Positions 26,696-38,982 are shown, counted from the first letter of the whole stretch. The stretch: DNA of 61,428 nucleotides, filler included, from Choristocarpus tenellus KU-1152 (GCA_964200185.2; 10 parts of 10 records of this genome joined end to end with filler, not necessarily neighbours in it), one strand, 5' to 3'. Notes: a model not told the origin generated them from the sequence alone. A program made the numbers and translations.

Positions 26696-27580
26696 TACTC
26701 CAAAGATGAGTCTGTAATGACGTAGAATTGCGAGATACTGTTAGGATTGATATTTCGCTTTTTGTGTCAAGTTGTTTACAGTCCCTCTGTCCATCTCTCT
26801 CTCCGATATACAAAGGGACATCAGTACAAGGATCTGTTCATACTTACTCAACAAAATGCAGCATGTACTTCTGGACAGTAATCAACAAAATCAGCTTGAT
26901 ATCTTGGCAACATTGATGAAGCTCAATTGTTTCAGTGCTACCTTTGACGCCAATAGCACCTAGCCTGTGTGAATCATGACGGGCTTCTTTTGCTGGGCGG
27001 TGCAATATTGTTCCTGAGTAGCTTCCTAGGTCTACTAAACAAAGCCGATATGCCAAATGATGAAGGGCATTACCCAAGAGATCTTCGGTGTCGTACTTGT
27101 CATGGTGAACATAGCATTGCTATTGGCCATTGGGGGAACGACATATTTCAGTACGCAACAGATGGTTGATGAGACATGAGATGGCGAGGAGTACAAAGAC
27201 ATGACTGTTATGATGGATTCAGAAGGTCCGCACCTGCTTCCTCCTTTCACCTGTTGGGTTCATCCCAGGCATACATAGACCCAACGTATCTGGGGGNNNN
27301 NNNNNNNNNNNNNNNNNNNNNNNNNNNNNNNNNNNNNNNNTTAATTAATTAANNNNNNNNNNNNNNNNNNNNNNNNNNNNNNNNNNNNNNNNNNNNATAG
27401 TAAGATTACGCCAGGAGAGCGACAATATGTTTTAGAAAGACTGAAGAGATTATGAGGTAGAAGGTACATACAGTATTCTCTTTCCTTATGGTGTAGGCGG
27501 GAGACGCGCATTAACACATAAACAACATTATTAAAAAAAAGCGCTCGTAATCGTTTCCATCCTATCCATGAAGCTTATGG

Positions 27581-28170
27581 TTGATTTCCCAGCTCACCAC
27601 GATTAATTAGTCGATTCCACGATTGATTTCCCAGATCACCACGATTAATTAGTCGATTCAACGATTGATTTTCCACCTCACCACGATTAATTAGTTGATT
27701 CCACAATTGATTTCTCAGCTTGCCACTATTAATTAGTCGCTTTGACGAATGATTTCCCAGCTCACCACAATTAATTAGTCGATTCCACGATTGATTTCCA
27801 AGCTCACCACGATTAATTAGTCGCTTTCACGATTGATTTCCAAGCTCACCACGATTAATTAGTCGATTCCACGATTGATTTTCCAGCTCGCCACGATTAA
27901 TTAGTCAATTCCACGATTGATTTTCCAGCTTGCCACGATTCATTAGTCGATTCAACGATTGATTTTCCAGCTCGCCACGATTAATTAGTTGTTTCCACGA
28001 TTGATTTCCCAGCTTGCCACAATTAATTAGTCGCTTTCACGATTGAATTCCCAGCTCACCACAATTATTTAGTCGATTCTACGATTGATTTCCCAGGAAT
28101 GTCACGATTGTTAGTTGATTTGACGATTGATTCCCAGGAATGCCATGATTATTAGTCGATTCTACGACGA
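27581..28170. repeat. 42-43-bp minisatellite, ~14 copies
   Basis: Unit TTGATTTCCCAGCTCACCACGATTAATTAGTCGATTCCACGA, made of two related ~21-bp halves that each begin CCACGATT. Confidence 0.95.
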
Positions 28171-28789
28171 CTAATTCTTGAAACTCTCCAAGATAAGCTC
28201 AACGATTACGATTACCACGATTACTAGTCGTAGTCGTCAGACGTGTGCAATCCAGCTTTAAAAATTCTCCCGATATTATACCATTTGGCACATAGTCGGA
28301 TGCCAGGTTTTGTACCAAGTTGGACAAAATAGGATTTTGTACCACACCAATTTTATTCCGCTTTTTACGGGCATGCCCATGAGTGAACAAAATCGGGTAA
28401 CCCACTGTATGTACAACTTTATTAGTGTCTGATACCAACTGTTCTGTAAACACCATCAGGCTGCAGTGTGTGTATCGTTACTGCATACATGCGCTTGTGC
28501 TGTTCATCGTGTGTTGATATCGTGATCATATCTTATATTTTTTCATTTGCGAAAAATTTTGAGGACTACACCCTGGTAGCAATATCATCATCAGATGCAA
28601 ATAATGTTTCGCGGGGTTTTGTGTGGAGCCTCAAGGGCTCGTACCTAGAGGCAGGGCCTCCTCTCTGTCTATTGATGTCCTGCCTCGTCTTTTAACATCA
28701 TCATTTCCAACAATGCCATACTCTGCCCCCCTCCATAACACAGCAACAGGTTTTACAACGCGGAAGTCTCGGTAAAAGCTCCATGTTAC

Positions 28790-29047
28790 AAGTGAAAGTA
28801 TCTTAGAGGGTACAAGTTTTGCCCTGTTTGTCCATTTGGAGCTTGGCTTCCCACGTTTTTTTTATGACATTTTACATGCTCCAAAATATTTCAGAGTAGG
28901 TAAATGTATACGTAATGAAAAGGTGTGTCTGGAACAAGGATATTGACACTTCCTAATAAACAAGATAGCCAAAATTACATCGAAATCGCTACATTGGATT
29001 TTGTTCCCCAAACGGACGCGGCTCTACCCTTTAAGATACTTTGACTC
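28790..29047 (+). mobile_element. MITE family A, copy 6
   Basis: AAGTGAAAGTATCTTAGAGGGTA ... TACCCTTTAAGATACTTTGACTC; perfect TSD TTAC. Confidence 0.93.
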
Positions 29048-29852
29048 TTACAGCACGCTCCAGAAGCTTACCTCCACAGGATGTAATAGATCTAGTTCAC
29101 AAGCCTACAGATGACGATGATGCACGTGCAGGACTCCTGATGCACAAGTCGTCACGTATGCCGGATCTCTCACTTGGATTATTCCCTTCAATATCATCGA
29201 ATAAAAGGATCTGGCAACGATGTACCACCTGGGGGTATCACAATAACTAAATAACTAAATAGTCAAGAAGTACAAATTTATCAAATCTAAGACTTCAAGG
29301 TCATGATGGTGTTATTGAAACCACCATCGAGACATATTGCCTGTAGCACAGTACCAGCCACGAGAGGGGTATACTCTCTCTGTCCCATAGGTCTGGGCCG
29401 TTAAGTTGCACGTCCTCAGGATGACCTCGATTACAAACCTAGGTTTTGTGTTGGATCCCTTGAAATATTTTATGTTAAAAAAATCTAAGAACTCCACAAA
29501 TAATTCTGTTCTGAAATGGTTCCGAAATATTGGAAGATAGAATGAGCCATTTTGCTTTACCCACGAATTCTGGATTATATTTATTTTATTCTATGTTTGC
29601 ATTACACCCATTCCCATTCTCCCTTTTGTACCACCACTTGTGACCAACCAGTGCGACCCCTTCGCCACTGTTTTCCTGTCACCCCCCCCCCCATGCGATG
29701 ACCAACCAATGCGAACCCCTTTTGCCACTGATTTCCAGCCACCGCCCACCTCTGATGACCAACCAGTGCAACCCCCCTTCGCGACTGACTTCCGGTCACC
29801 CCCCGCATCTGATAACCAACAGTGCGACCCCTTCACCACTGACTTCCAGTCA

Positions 29853-30277
29853 AAATCAAAGTATCTTAGAGGGTGGAGCCGGGTCCGTTTGGGGGTCAAA
29901 ATCCATCGTTGCGATTTTGATATAATTTTGGCTACCGTGTTTGTTAGGAAGTGTCAATATCCTTGTTTCAGACACACCTTTCCATAACATAACGTATATT
30001 TACTTACTCCGAAACGTTTTGACCCAAAGTATCTGAGGGAGAGGGGGGGGTCTACACCAGAAATCGGGAAAGTGCACATTCAATATCCATCAAACGTAAG
30101 GAACCAAATCACCCAAAAATCGAAACATGAAAAAATTAACCCCAAATGGACAGCCGCCACCCCTCCCAGTTACTTTGACCCTTTTGGAGTACGTAAAATG
30201 TCATAAAAACCCTTAGGAAGCCAAGTCCCAAATGGACAGACAGGGCAAAACTCGTACCCTCTAACATACTTTCACTC
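29853..30277 (-). mobile_element. MITE family A, copy 7, containing a nested family B element
   Basis: TSD GTCA; 425 bp minus the nested 161 bp and its 4-bp TSD leaves 260 bp. Confidence 0.92.
30021..30181. mobile_element. MITE family B (161 bp), nested insertion
   Basis: GACCCAAAGTATCTGAGGGAG ... CTCCCAGTTACTTTGACCC, flanked by TTTT/TTTT. Removing it restores the family A sequence CCGAAAC(A/G)TTTTGGAGTA. Confidence 0.85.
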
Positions 30278-31211
30278 GTCACCAACCGCATCTCATGATC
30301 AAGCAATGCGATCCGTTCGCCACTGATTTTCAGTCACCACCCCCCACCCTTCAACCCCACTCTCACCCAACACCACTGACCACTCCACCACACCATTCAA
30401 CACCACTACTCCCCACAAGACGTTCCCCCATTTACCACTTCCCAACACCATTAAACACCACTCACCCCCCAATACTTTCCCCCACCTTTCACTCCTCCCA
30501 CACCACCCAACACCTCTCCACAATTATCCAAGAACACCCCTACATCATCCACTTCATACCGTGCCTTAGGGGTCAAAGTATCTTAGCGGGGGTGCCGGCA
30601 TCCGTTTTTCACTATTTTTCGATTTTCCCTTTGTGGTGTGATTTGGTCGCACGTGTCGGATTTGAAATGTCAGCAAAAAGAAGAAGACTGTTGGTCAGGT
30701 GCATTAATGTCCTTGCGTACGCAAGGACTACAGGGATATATGCCACGTGTGTACGAGTGGTTATGTCAAGAAATATTGTCGTACGTTCCGAGGAAGAGGT
30801 AGTTCAAGGTACAATTCCACAGGTCCTGGGCTGGTGCTGTGGTTAGAGGCATCGTGCGTGGACTTAGTTAAGCATATGATCCCCTACGATTCGAATGACT
30901 ACACTTGATCGAATCTAGTTCGTCGATAGTTGGGCGAAGCAAGAGGTGGTGCATAGAGTATTGAAAAGAATGGGGGGAGGTGCGTTATCGTGTACAAGGA
31001 ATAAATAATGGCTCACGGAAAGACAGGGTATTCATCACTGCCCCTGGCGAATCGTTTAGAAAGGTTAGCTGAGCAGATGGAGAAGAGTTGTTTGATTGGT
31101 GTATTATATTTTATGGCTGTAACATTGTAGCAGAGACAAAACAAATGATAAGACAGGTCTGATCCTCAACGTGAGTATGATATATAATACGCTGATGACT
31201 CCGACCGGTAG

Positions 31212-34200
31212 CTACGTATCTTCTGTTCCACTATCTAAATGTACAACTCGTGGAATGCAAAGTGCATGAACATGAGAGTCGGACACCAAGGAATGATACA
31301 CTGATGCAGAAATCTGCACAACCTGCAACTCTACCCTTACTTCTACAGAAAACCGGAACGACCGAAGCCCTATTTCAATTGCTGGGCGGACTCGAAATTG
31401 CATTTGTCACCCTTCTCCCACCACTCTTCAAGCTTAGGATATGCCTCGACAAGAAAGTGCCATAGATTTAGGCATGTGGAGTACCTGTCGTTCCAAGGCT
31501 CGGGCTTCACGAGGCTCAATAAGATAGCATTCTTCGCCTGGAGCGCTTCCACATGCTCGGGACACAACGTATTGCCTGGTTCCCTCCACGATCGCTGAGT
31601 TTAACCTGTGTGGACCCATGGACGTAGCATTCATCCCCGAAAATAAGAGAAGCGGCCCCTTTACCGACCTTGACGAGCCTGAACCCGTGATCGAAAATGA
31701 CTTGGGTGAGGATTTGCGTCTGCACTCGATACTGTGCAGAAGCAGGTATCGTTGTCGATCGTAGGAGCTCGGTAACGCATGCCTCCATGAAGGCTTCGGT
31801 GATCCCCACATCGGAGTCAAAGTATTCTAGAGGGTAGAGTCGCGTCCATTTGGGGACCAAAATACAATGTTGCAATTTTGATGTAATTTTGACTATCATG
31901 GTTGTTTGGAGATGTCAATATCCTTGTTCTGGACACATATTTTCATAACGTAGGCCTTTTACCTACTCCGAAACATTTTGGAGTAGGTAACTGTCATTAA
32001 AAACCCGTGGGAAACCAAGGCCCAAATGGACAAACAGGGAAAAACTCGTACCCTCTAAGATACTTTCAATCATCGGATGCATCGCCGGAGTTGGCCGCGT
32101 CCTGTGTGACGCAATCCTCCTCACAACGAAATGATCTTTGGTCGTCATCGTCGTCCCTCGATGTGGATGAACATGGATGTACCGTGCATCTGCCCATTTT
32201 GGCAGAAGCGAAGACGTCATCGAAGAAGCCAGGTTCTATTGCGCTGCCATGAGGATCAACAGGCTGTTTGAAAGGTCTCGTCTGTCCATCACCTTCTCTC
32301 GCCCTCTTTTTCGTAATTAGTGCCTAGAACCCCGGACTTTGCCCTCCTCGGAAGGCTTGTCCCTCTGAGTTGTGGAACTGTCACGGTTCTCACTTGGCCT
32401 CACACTGTGGTCGTACACGTTCCCCGGTACTTGTGACTCAGTTCCGCCGCTGTCCACTGAACGGGCGTTCATGGACATCCCTGTGGTACTCCTGACAGGC
32501 GTATACTCCGAGTCCTCGCCTAGCCACCCTCTCACGTCCTCCGTAGGAAGTTCCTCTGGACCTGACAGGTCAAAACAAACCGGGCGGTCCACCTCGTGTT
32601 CAGAGTCTTCTCTAACCCTCTTTTTCCTAATCAGGGTCCTTTTGTGCTTCCCATTCTCCTTCTTGGAACTCTTCTCCCTCAGAATTGTGTTGCGATCAAT
32701 ATGTACGCGGTTTTCGCGTTGCCTCACACTATGGTCGCACACGTTTCCTGGTACTTGTGACTCAGTTCTGCCGCTGTCCACTGAGCTGGCGTTCGTGGAC
32801 ATCCCTGTGGCACTCTTCACAGGCGTGTAGTCCGAATCCTTGCCTAGCCGCCCCCTCACGTCCTCAAATAGGAATTTCCTCTGGGCCTCACAATCCGTTA
32901 CAAACAGGTCAGTCCCCATCGCCTTCAGAGTCGTGTTCCAAGGGTGTGATTGTATTCCTCCCCCTCTCTCTAGACTCCTGCTTCCGGCACCTACTGCAGA
33001 GCTAGGTGATGGGTTGTCTTGTTCCTCTCGGGCACCTGGTGTCTTGGATCTCCCACAAGGTATGCTGGTGGATACGCCACCAGCTACCGGTGTCTTCACC
33101 AGTGCAAAATTGGTCAATTTGGAGAGCTCATCCTGCAGGAGTTTGATGAGATCCGGGTCGAAGTTGTCCCCGAGGGCGGTGCATGTGATAACCAGGCCAC
33201 CTGGTCGTGTTTGGAGAAGGGCGACTTCTCTCTCGTGAGCTGCATTGGTCTCGGACTTGAACTTATCGAGGTCGTGCTCGGACGTGGATAGGTTCTCTGG
33301 CGTGATCAAAATGTTTGTGACACGCGTTATTTCTGTGATGGCGGAGGAGTGGCAAAGGTCTTGGCGAAGTGGGGTTAAAAACGACGGGAGGAGTTGTTAG
33401 TGTTAGGAGGCAAGGGATGAGATAGAGGTTTGTAAGTATGAGTACGCGGGGCAGGATGCAGAGGAGAATGCAGGGGCTGCGGAAAGGATGGATGGAACAG
33501 AGTAGTGGCAGTTCTTTGAAGGTGTGCCGATTATGCGAGCCCCCAGGACAGGGGGACGAATAGGGCAGGTAACAAAGGGTGAAGTGGAAGCGTACAGGAC
33601 TAGCATGTAACCGCGACATAATTTCTCTCTTTTCGCCGGGTTCTGACGATCGGTACAACATAGGCAAAGTATGACACAGCGTTTAAGACGAGCAATTTCG
33701 CAACCTTTGAAAAAACCGGAGAACCCTGTGATAACGTTTGTTGTGTAACTGTCGAGCGTCGATAGGATGGAAGAGAATCTAGGTTGTGTGTTTGGTGTGG
33801 GGAAGGGTGTTTGAATGTTAACCTATGGCGATGTCGTGCAATGATGCAATTGCTCGCCTGTGTGTTCGTGGTCGTTGTTCAAGGTAACGCCCTCAGAGTA
33901 TTTGATGATGTCCAGGTATTTTGTGCCCTCTTCCACATCCTACATCAACACGAGGTCTCTTTTCACCTGTGGAATTGATGGGGTAGATTAATGTGCGCAA
34001 TCAGGGCGTTTATTGTGATATGGCCTTACACGACGAATTGAAATGCGGTGGATAGATGAAGTCATGAACTAATACAATTGAGTACCTTGTCGCTGACGAT
34101 GTATTTCTTGGTAGGAGGACCCTCTGCTGTGGACTCTCCTGGTGAATCGTCGGCGTAGGGGTTTATCCCGATCCTGTCCTTCTCTTTCAGGTCCTTCATT

Positions 34201-35110
34201 ACCTGAACTGCGACCTCCAGGACGACCCCTCTGATGAGTACGTTCCTGGTGTGCATACGTCTCAGGTATGCCAACTGCACCCTCCAGGGTTGTGCTTCCC
34301 AATCCTCCTCCGCCTTGGCGGCAGACGCCGGGTCTGGATCGACGACTCCTGGTCTATTTTTCTTCCCCTTTCCTCTTGTCGTCTTCTTTCCTTTGTCTTG
34401 GTCGGCTGGGGGCCGTTTGTTCCGGACGCCCCTAAGAGTGTGAGAGAACTGCCGAGGAGAAGCACATAGGTGCTGGAACGGTGAGTGACATGGATGACAC
34501 GGGTGTCTGTCTTGCGGGGTATGAAATAGGTGGTAAATATTGCGACTGTTGCAGGATCAGGAGGGGGGTATATGCATATACATCTATGCACGTTATTTCA
34601 ATCGTCACAGTCAAATCGACTTACCCATTCCTCTGGAAATGTCTCCGTCCCACAGCATATGTCAATGCGGGCACGTCAGTAGGCAGTTTTTTGGCTGCCT
34701 GCTCTGAGAAGACGTGCACAGCCACTTCGACAATGTCGCACCATCGATGACCTTGGGGAGTCTCCCCTCTTAGGATGGATAGAATCCGACTCCAGCAAGA
34801 ACATCAGTGCACATTCTAGCGAAATACTGCTCCTTGACCTCGTCCGTGAGCTACATGTACATCAAATGGGCGACAGAGTGTAGTTAGGATACCCGTAAAG
34901 AACGAGCTTTGAGGATGTCGACTTGGGATGGATATGAATATGAATAATACGTACCAATATCAGACGCAACCTGGTGGGAATTTTCGCACTGATCAAGGTC
35001 AGATATAGCGGGGGCAATCATGCACAGGTTTGCGCTTGACATAGGGCGGGTAATGGTGAGTGCATTTCATGTGTTCTGTCGAACGGTGTACACAATCAAT
35101 ATCCAAAGTG
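31212..35110 (-). pseudogene. Decayed multi-exon gene of unknown function
   Basis: Exon-like blocks with AG/GT borders at ~34850-34625, ~34468-34087, ~33967-33822, ~33780-33598 and ~33332-31212, with in-frame stops and frameshifts. The reading frame (..GDASD|VGITEAF..) continues across the MITE at 31814-32071. An internal ~53-aa duplication (EDVRGxLGxDS..ENR) lies at ~32383-32542 and ~32707-32866. Confidence 0.6.
31814..32071 (-). mobile_element. MITE family A, copy 8 (inserted in a coding region)
   Basis: GAGTCAAAGTATTCTAGAGGGTA ... TACCCTCTAAGATACTTTCAATC; perfect TSD ATCG. Confidence 0.93.
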
Positions 35111-35835
35111 CGGCTATACCTTTGGGGGTGGGGGGGGTGTATTTGAAATGGTACTCCTGAGCAGGAATGCATTACGTCAAATCTCGAAAGTGAAAGGTGA
35201 ACATGAAAGGGATTTACGTGCCAACCCGGGTTAGATGTATGTAGGGCTACTGTGCACAGGTCTGTGCTTGACATATGGCAGCCAGTGATGAATGAATTTT
35301 AAGTGTTCCGTTGAACGATAAATGCCATTTATTTCGAAAGCGCGGCGACACGGTCGAGGGTGTGTGTGTCCATTCGAAGTTGTAACAACCCGAGCAGATA
35401 AACATAACGTCGAACCGAGAAAGTGATAGATGAAGGTGAAAGGAATTTACGTGCTGACCCGGATTCGATGTCAGGAGAGCAATCACACGCAGGTTTGCGC
35501 TTGATACAAGGCTGATAATAATGAATGAATTTTATGTGTTCTGACGAACGGTGAAGGCCATCAATTTCCAAAGCGCGGTGAAACGGTCGAGGGTACGTGT
35601 GTCCATTCGAAGTTGTAACAACCCGAGCACATAAACATAACGTCGAATCGAGAAAATGATAGATGAAGATGAAAGGAATTTACGTGCTGACCCGGATTGG
35701 ATGTCGGGAGAGCAATCACGCGCAGGTTTGCGCTTCACACAAGGTTGATAATAATAAATGAATTTTATGAGTTCTGACGAACGGTAAACGCCATCAAATT
35801 CCGTAGCACGCCAAGAACGGTTTGAGGGTGGGTAT
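35005..35835. repeat. ~233-bp tandem repeat, ~3.5 copies
   Basis: Anchor G(A/G)GCAATCA..C(A/G)CAGGTTTGCGCTT at ~35012, 35244 (diverged), 35477 and 35711. Confidence 0.85.
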
Positions 35836-36460
35836 GTATATTTCCGATTTGAACCTTATCGGAAATGTTCCAATAGTATCGGAGCCCTTACACGCGCGTA
35901 TCAAAGGTGTTACCACGTCATCCTGGACGGACGGATGTCGTGGTGCGTGAAATTGCATCGTGGGATCTTCCTTCTATTTCGGATCAGTTGTCTGATTACT
36001 CCCATCAAAAGTGACAGCAACCCATGTTCCAATTTCCGAAAAAGGTTCGGTCGAATTCGCTGTAATCATTTCGTATTAGCGTCGCTGAATTTATTCTATA
36101 ACTACACTTTTGATCCGAGGTGAAATCTGTAAATTGCGGATTTGGATAAGTGTTGAAAATGTGGGTTATTTATTTTTTTCGGGGCTAGGGTTGGTATCAT
36201 GGGTGCTGGTCGAAATGTGATAGTGGAAGGGCCGCGTTCCTTGTGTGTGACCGAATTCGAATGTTGCTTTTTTACTGTCATTCTTGCCCTCCTTATTTTT
36301 TGGATATGTAAATAACCAAAATCCGAACACTCCTTTCCCATAGTGTAGACATTGTACTTCTCAAAAACATTATTGGAGCTAAAGTATAAAATCCTTCAAA
36401 AACTGTGGCCAGTGAAGCCCCAAAAGGACAGACAGGGAAAACTAGTGCCCTCTAACATAG

Positions 36461-37039
36461 AGCATCGAACCTAAAAATGCTGGAATCTCCACCATGGACA
36501 GATGGTGTGCACACGGTTGGGAGCACAAATAAACACAGGACATCGATTCTATCTAAAAACACAGGTTTCACCACCGCGGAAAGGTGGTGTGTACACGGTT
36601 GGGAGCACAAATAAGTACAGGGCATCGAATCTAAAAATGGTGACCATGGACAGGTGATGTGTCCAAGGTTGGACACGCAAATAAACACATGATATCGAAT
36701 CTAATAATGCTGAAATCTCTACCATAGACAGGGTAATGTGCACACGGTTGGGAGCACAACTAAACACAGGACATCGAATCTAAAGACACAGGTAACACCA
36801 CCGTGTAGAGGTGGTGTGTACACGGTTGGGAGCACAAATAATTACAGGGCATCGAATCTAAAAATGGTGATATCATCACCATGGACAGGTGGTGTGCACA
36901 CTGTTGGGAGCACAAATAAACACAGGAAATCGAATCTAAAAACACAGGTACCATGACTGTGGAGAGGTGGTGTGTACACGGTTGGGAGCACAAATAATTA
37001 CAGGGCATTGAATCTAAAAATGGTGATATCATCACCATG
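36461..37039. repeat. ~78-bp tandem repeat with two largely alternating variants (~7.5 copies), truncated by contig end
   Basis: CATCGAATCTAAAA...GGTGGTGTG(C/T)ACACGGTTGGGAGCACAAATAA..ACAGG; unit starts at ~36463, 36541, 36623, 36692, 36772, 36850, 36928 and 37006. Confidence 0.9.
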
Positions 37040-37799
37040 NNNNNNNNNNNNNNNNNNNNNNNNNNNNNNNNNNNNNNNNNNNNTTAATTAATTAANNNNN
37101 NNNNNNNNNNNNNNNNNNNNNNNNNNNNNNNNNNNNNNNTTCAGCCAATCAGATTCTCTGACTTGCCGGCAACCTCCCCTATCTACACTACTTGCACACA
37201 CCCCTAATCATATTATTATTATTATTATTATTATTGAGTTATATATATATATTTGTTCTTTGTAATCATTTGGTGTGATTCGTATTGTGTGTTTTGCAAC
37301 TTCCTACTCCTTGACATGTGTAGTAATATAGTTGACATCTAGATTCAAAGGCTCAATGCATGCACCCTTCAGAATTCCCATAAACTTGGTTCAAGAGAAC
37401 TTACTGTACTGTAGTGTGATTCAAGTAATACATTCAAGTACTACCAGGGTGAGTACAAACAAGCGTGAAGGGTACCCAAGTACTGTGAAGGGTTCTCTGA
37501 GAACCTGTGCCAAGAAGTAGATGTAAGTGACAAGTCGTGGGGGGTGCTTAGGTACCAATATATAGCATGCATTAGGATTTGATAGAAAAATCCAGTCAGG
37601 GAATACATTGCTTTGAAGAGCCGGTGCGCATCCTGGATTCTGCTCGTGTTGTTCGTTTTTTATTTTTCACTTTACTTGACAGGCGTTGTCACTCTTGAGG
37701 GCAGGAGTCTTGGCAGGACTCTCAGGTTCAGTTGTTGTTTGTACCAGGTTGTGTATCCTTAAGTCTGACTTCAAGAATACCCCAGACATAGACCATCGA

Positions 37800-38982
37800 C
37801 ATGTTCCTGCAGAGCCTGTTGCCAGTGTATCATCCCCCCAAGAAGGTGGAGAAGGGGCTGCTCCAATCGGCGCTGGTGTGAGGGTTGGCCAAGACAGGGA
37901 CAGGCGTGGTCAACGGGTGGAAATAGAGACTCCAGTGGAAGGGGAAGGGGAAGGGGTACAGATAATGAAGTATGGGTTTTGGGACTTGCATAGGTGGCTG
38001 CTGGGTTTAGTCTCCGGGAGGTCACGAATGGTGAGTGGTCAACAATAGGGTTAGGGTTAGGGTTAGAAAACAGATGTATATGTGTGTGTGTGTGTGTTTA
38101 CTATTGTACTTGGTACTGGCTCTATTTTGATACATGATTGATGGGGTTCTTGTGTGAGATGAGCTTTTTTGTTCTTGAAAGTGTGAAGATCTCTAGGGGG
38201 TGAGGTGGTATATCTTTGAGTGATAGCTTCTTTTGGAGGATGTAGTTGACTTGTAAAACCCTTGTGACTGCCTTGTTGCTTGTTGTATAGTTTTCGTAGT
38301 ATGCCTCTCGAGTATGTGGAGGGTACTTTTTTCTAACAATGTGTTAATAGGCGACATCTCCTTCTACAGTCACACCCCTCCTAAGAGGGGTTAGCTTCAT
38401 TTCAGGTATTGCTTTAATGGTAGTGGTTTGGTGTATATATCGCAAAAGGTTAAGAAAGGTCTTCAAACTGAAAAGGACCGAAGTTGACCTCCCCCTCTAG
38501 ATTGTTGCACTCTTTTCCTCTGGTGCTTAGATAAACTAGATTTGGAAAGGCACACACATCCTGTCTTCATCTTAACCCTACCCCTTGCCCCTTGCCCCTT
38601 GCCCCACCCCTTACCATTGGGTGTTGTTGCAAGAGTATTTCTTTTTTTTCTCCTAGTTCATTGCTCTTGTGTCCTGCTTCTAATGATGTATACCCTATTT
38701 CATCAACCATACGTATTTCGATAAATTATTTCGGAGTAGGACTTGGCTGCAATTCAATGTAGAAACTTGCCACCCTTACCCTGCCCCCCTGAACCCCCCC
38801 CCCCGTGCCCTCCTCTTTCCCTTGTGACTTCTTGGGTGGGATGGTTATTCCCCATGATGTTCCTTTTGGGGGCAGTATCAGGTACTGGGGTTTGTGTGTC
38901 TGATGTTAGCTATTCGCAGGTGGCAGGAAGTCAAGGGAGCAGTGACGAGGGCAGCAGCCCGACGGCGACCCTATGGTCTTAA
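37800..38982 (+). CDS. Possible last exons of an unidentified gene
   Basis: Exon-like block ending ...GLVSGRSRM|GTGAGT (~38030) and a final exon CGCAG|VAGSQGSSDEGSSPTATLWS* (38920-38982); no domain recognised. Confidence 0.35.

Larger units (their letters stand above)
29640..30345. repeat. ~57-bp minisatellite (~5 copies) interrupted by a MITE
   Basis: TGACCAACCA(G/A)TGCGACCCCTTCGCCACTGA(T/C)TTCC(A/G)GTCACC at ~29641, 29699, 29756 and 29813, resuming at ~30278-30340. Confidence 0.8.
30570..36460. mobile_element. Putative ~5.9-kb DNA transposon with family A-like ends
   Basis: Left end GGGTCAAAGTATCTTAGCGGGGG; right end AAGCCCCAAAAGGACAGACAGGGAAAACTAGTGCCCTCTAACATA, a family A end missing the last ~8 bp. 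The interval encloses a decayed spliced gene. Confidence 0.45.

Noticed and set aside
27581-28170. CRISPR-like array
   Set aside because: The intervening sequences are themselves repeats (no unique spacers), there are no cas genes, and the context is eukaryotic. The same applies to 23674-24052 and 36461-37039.
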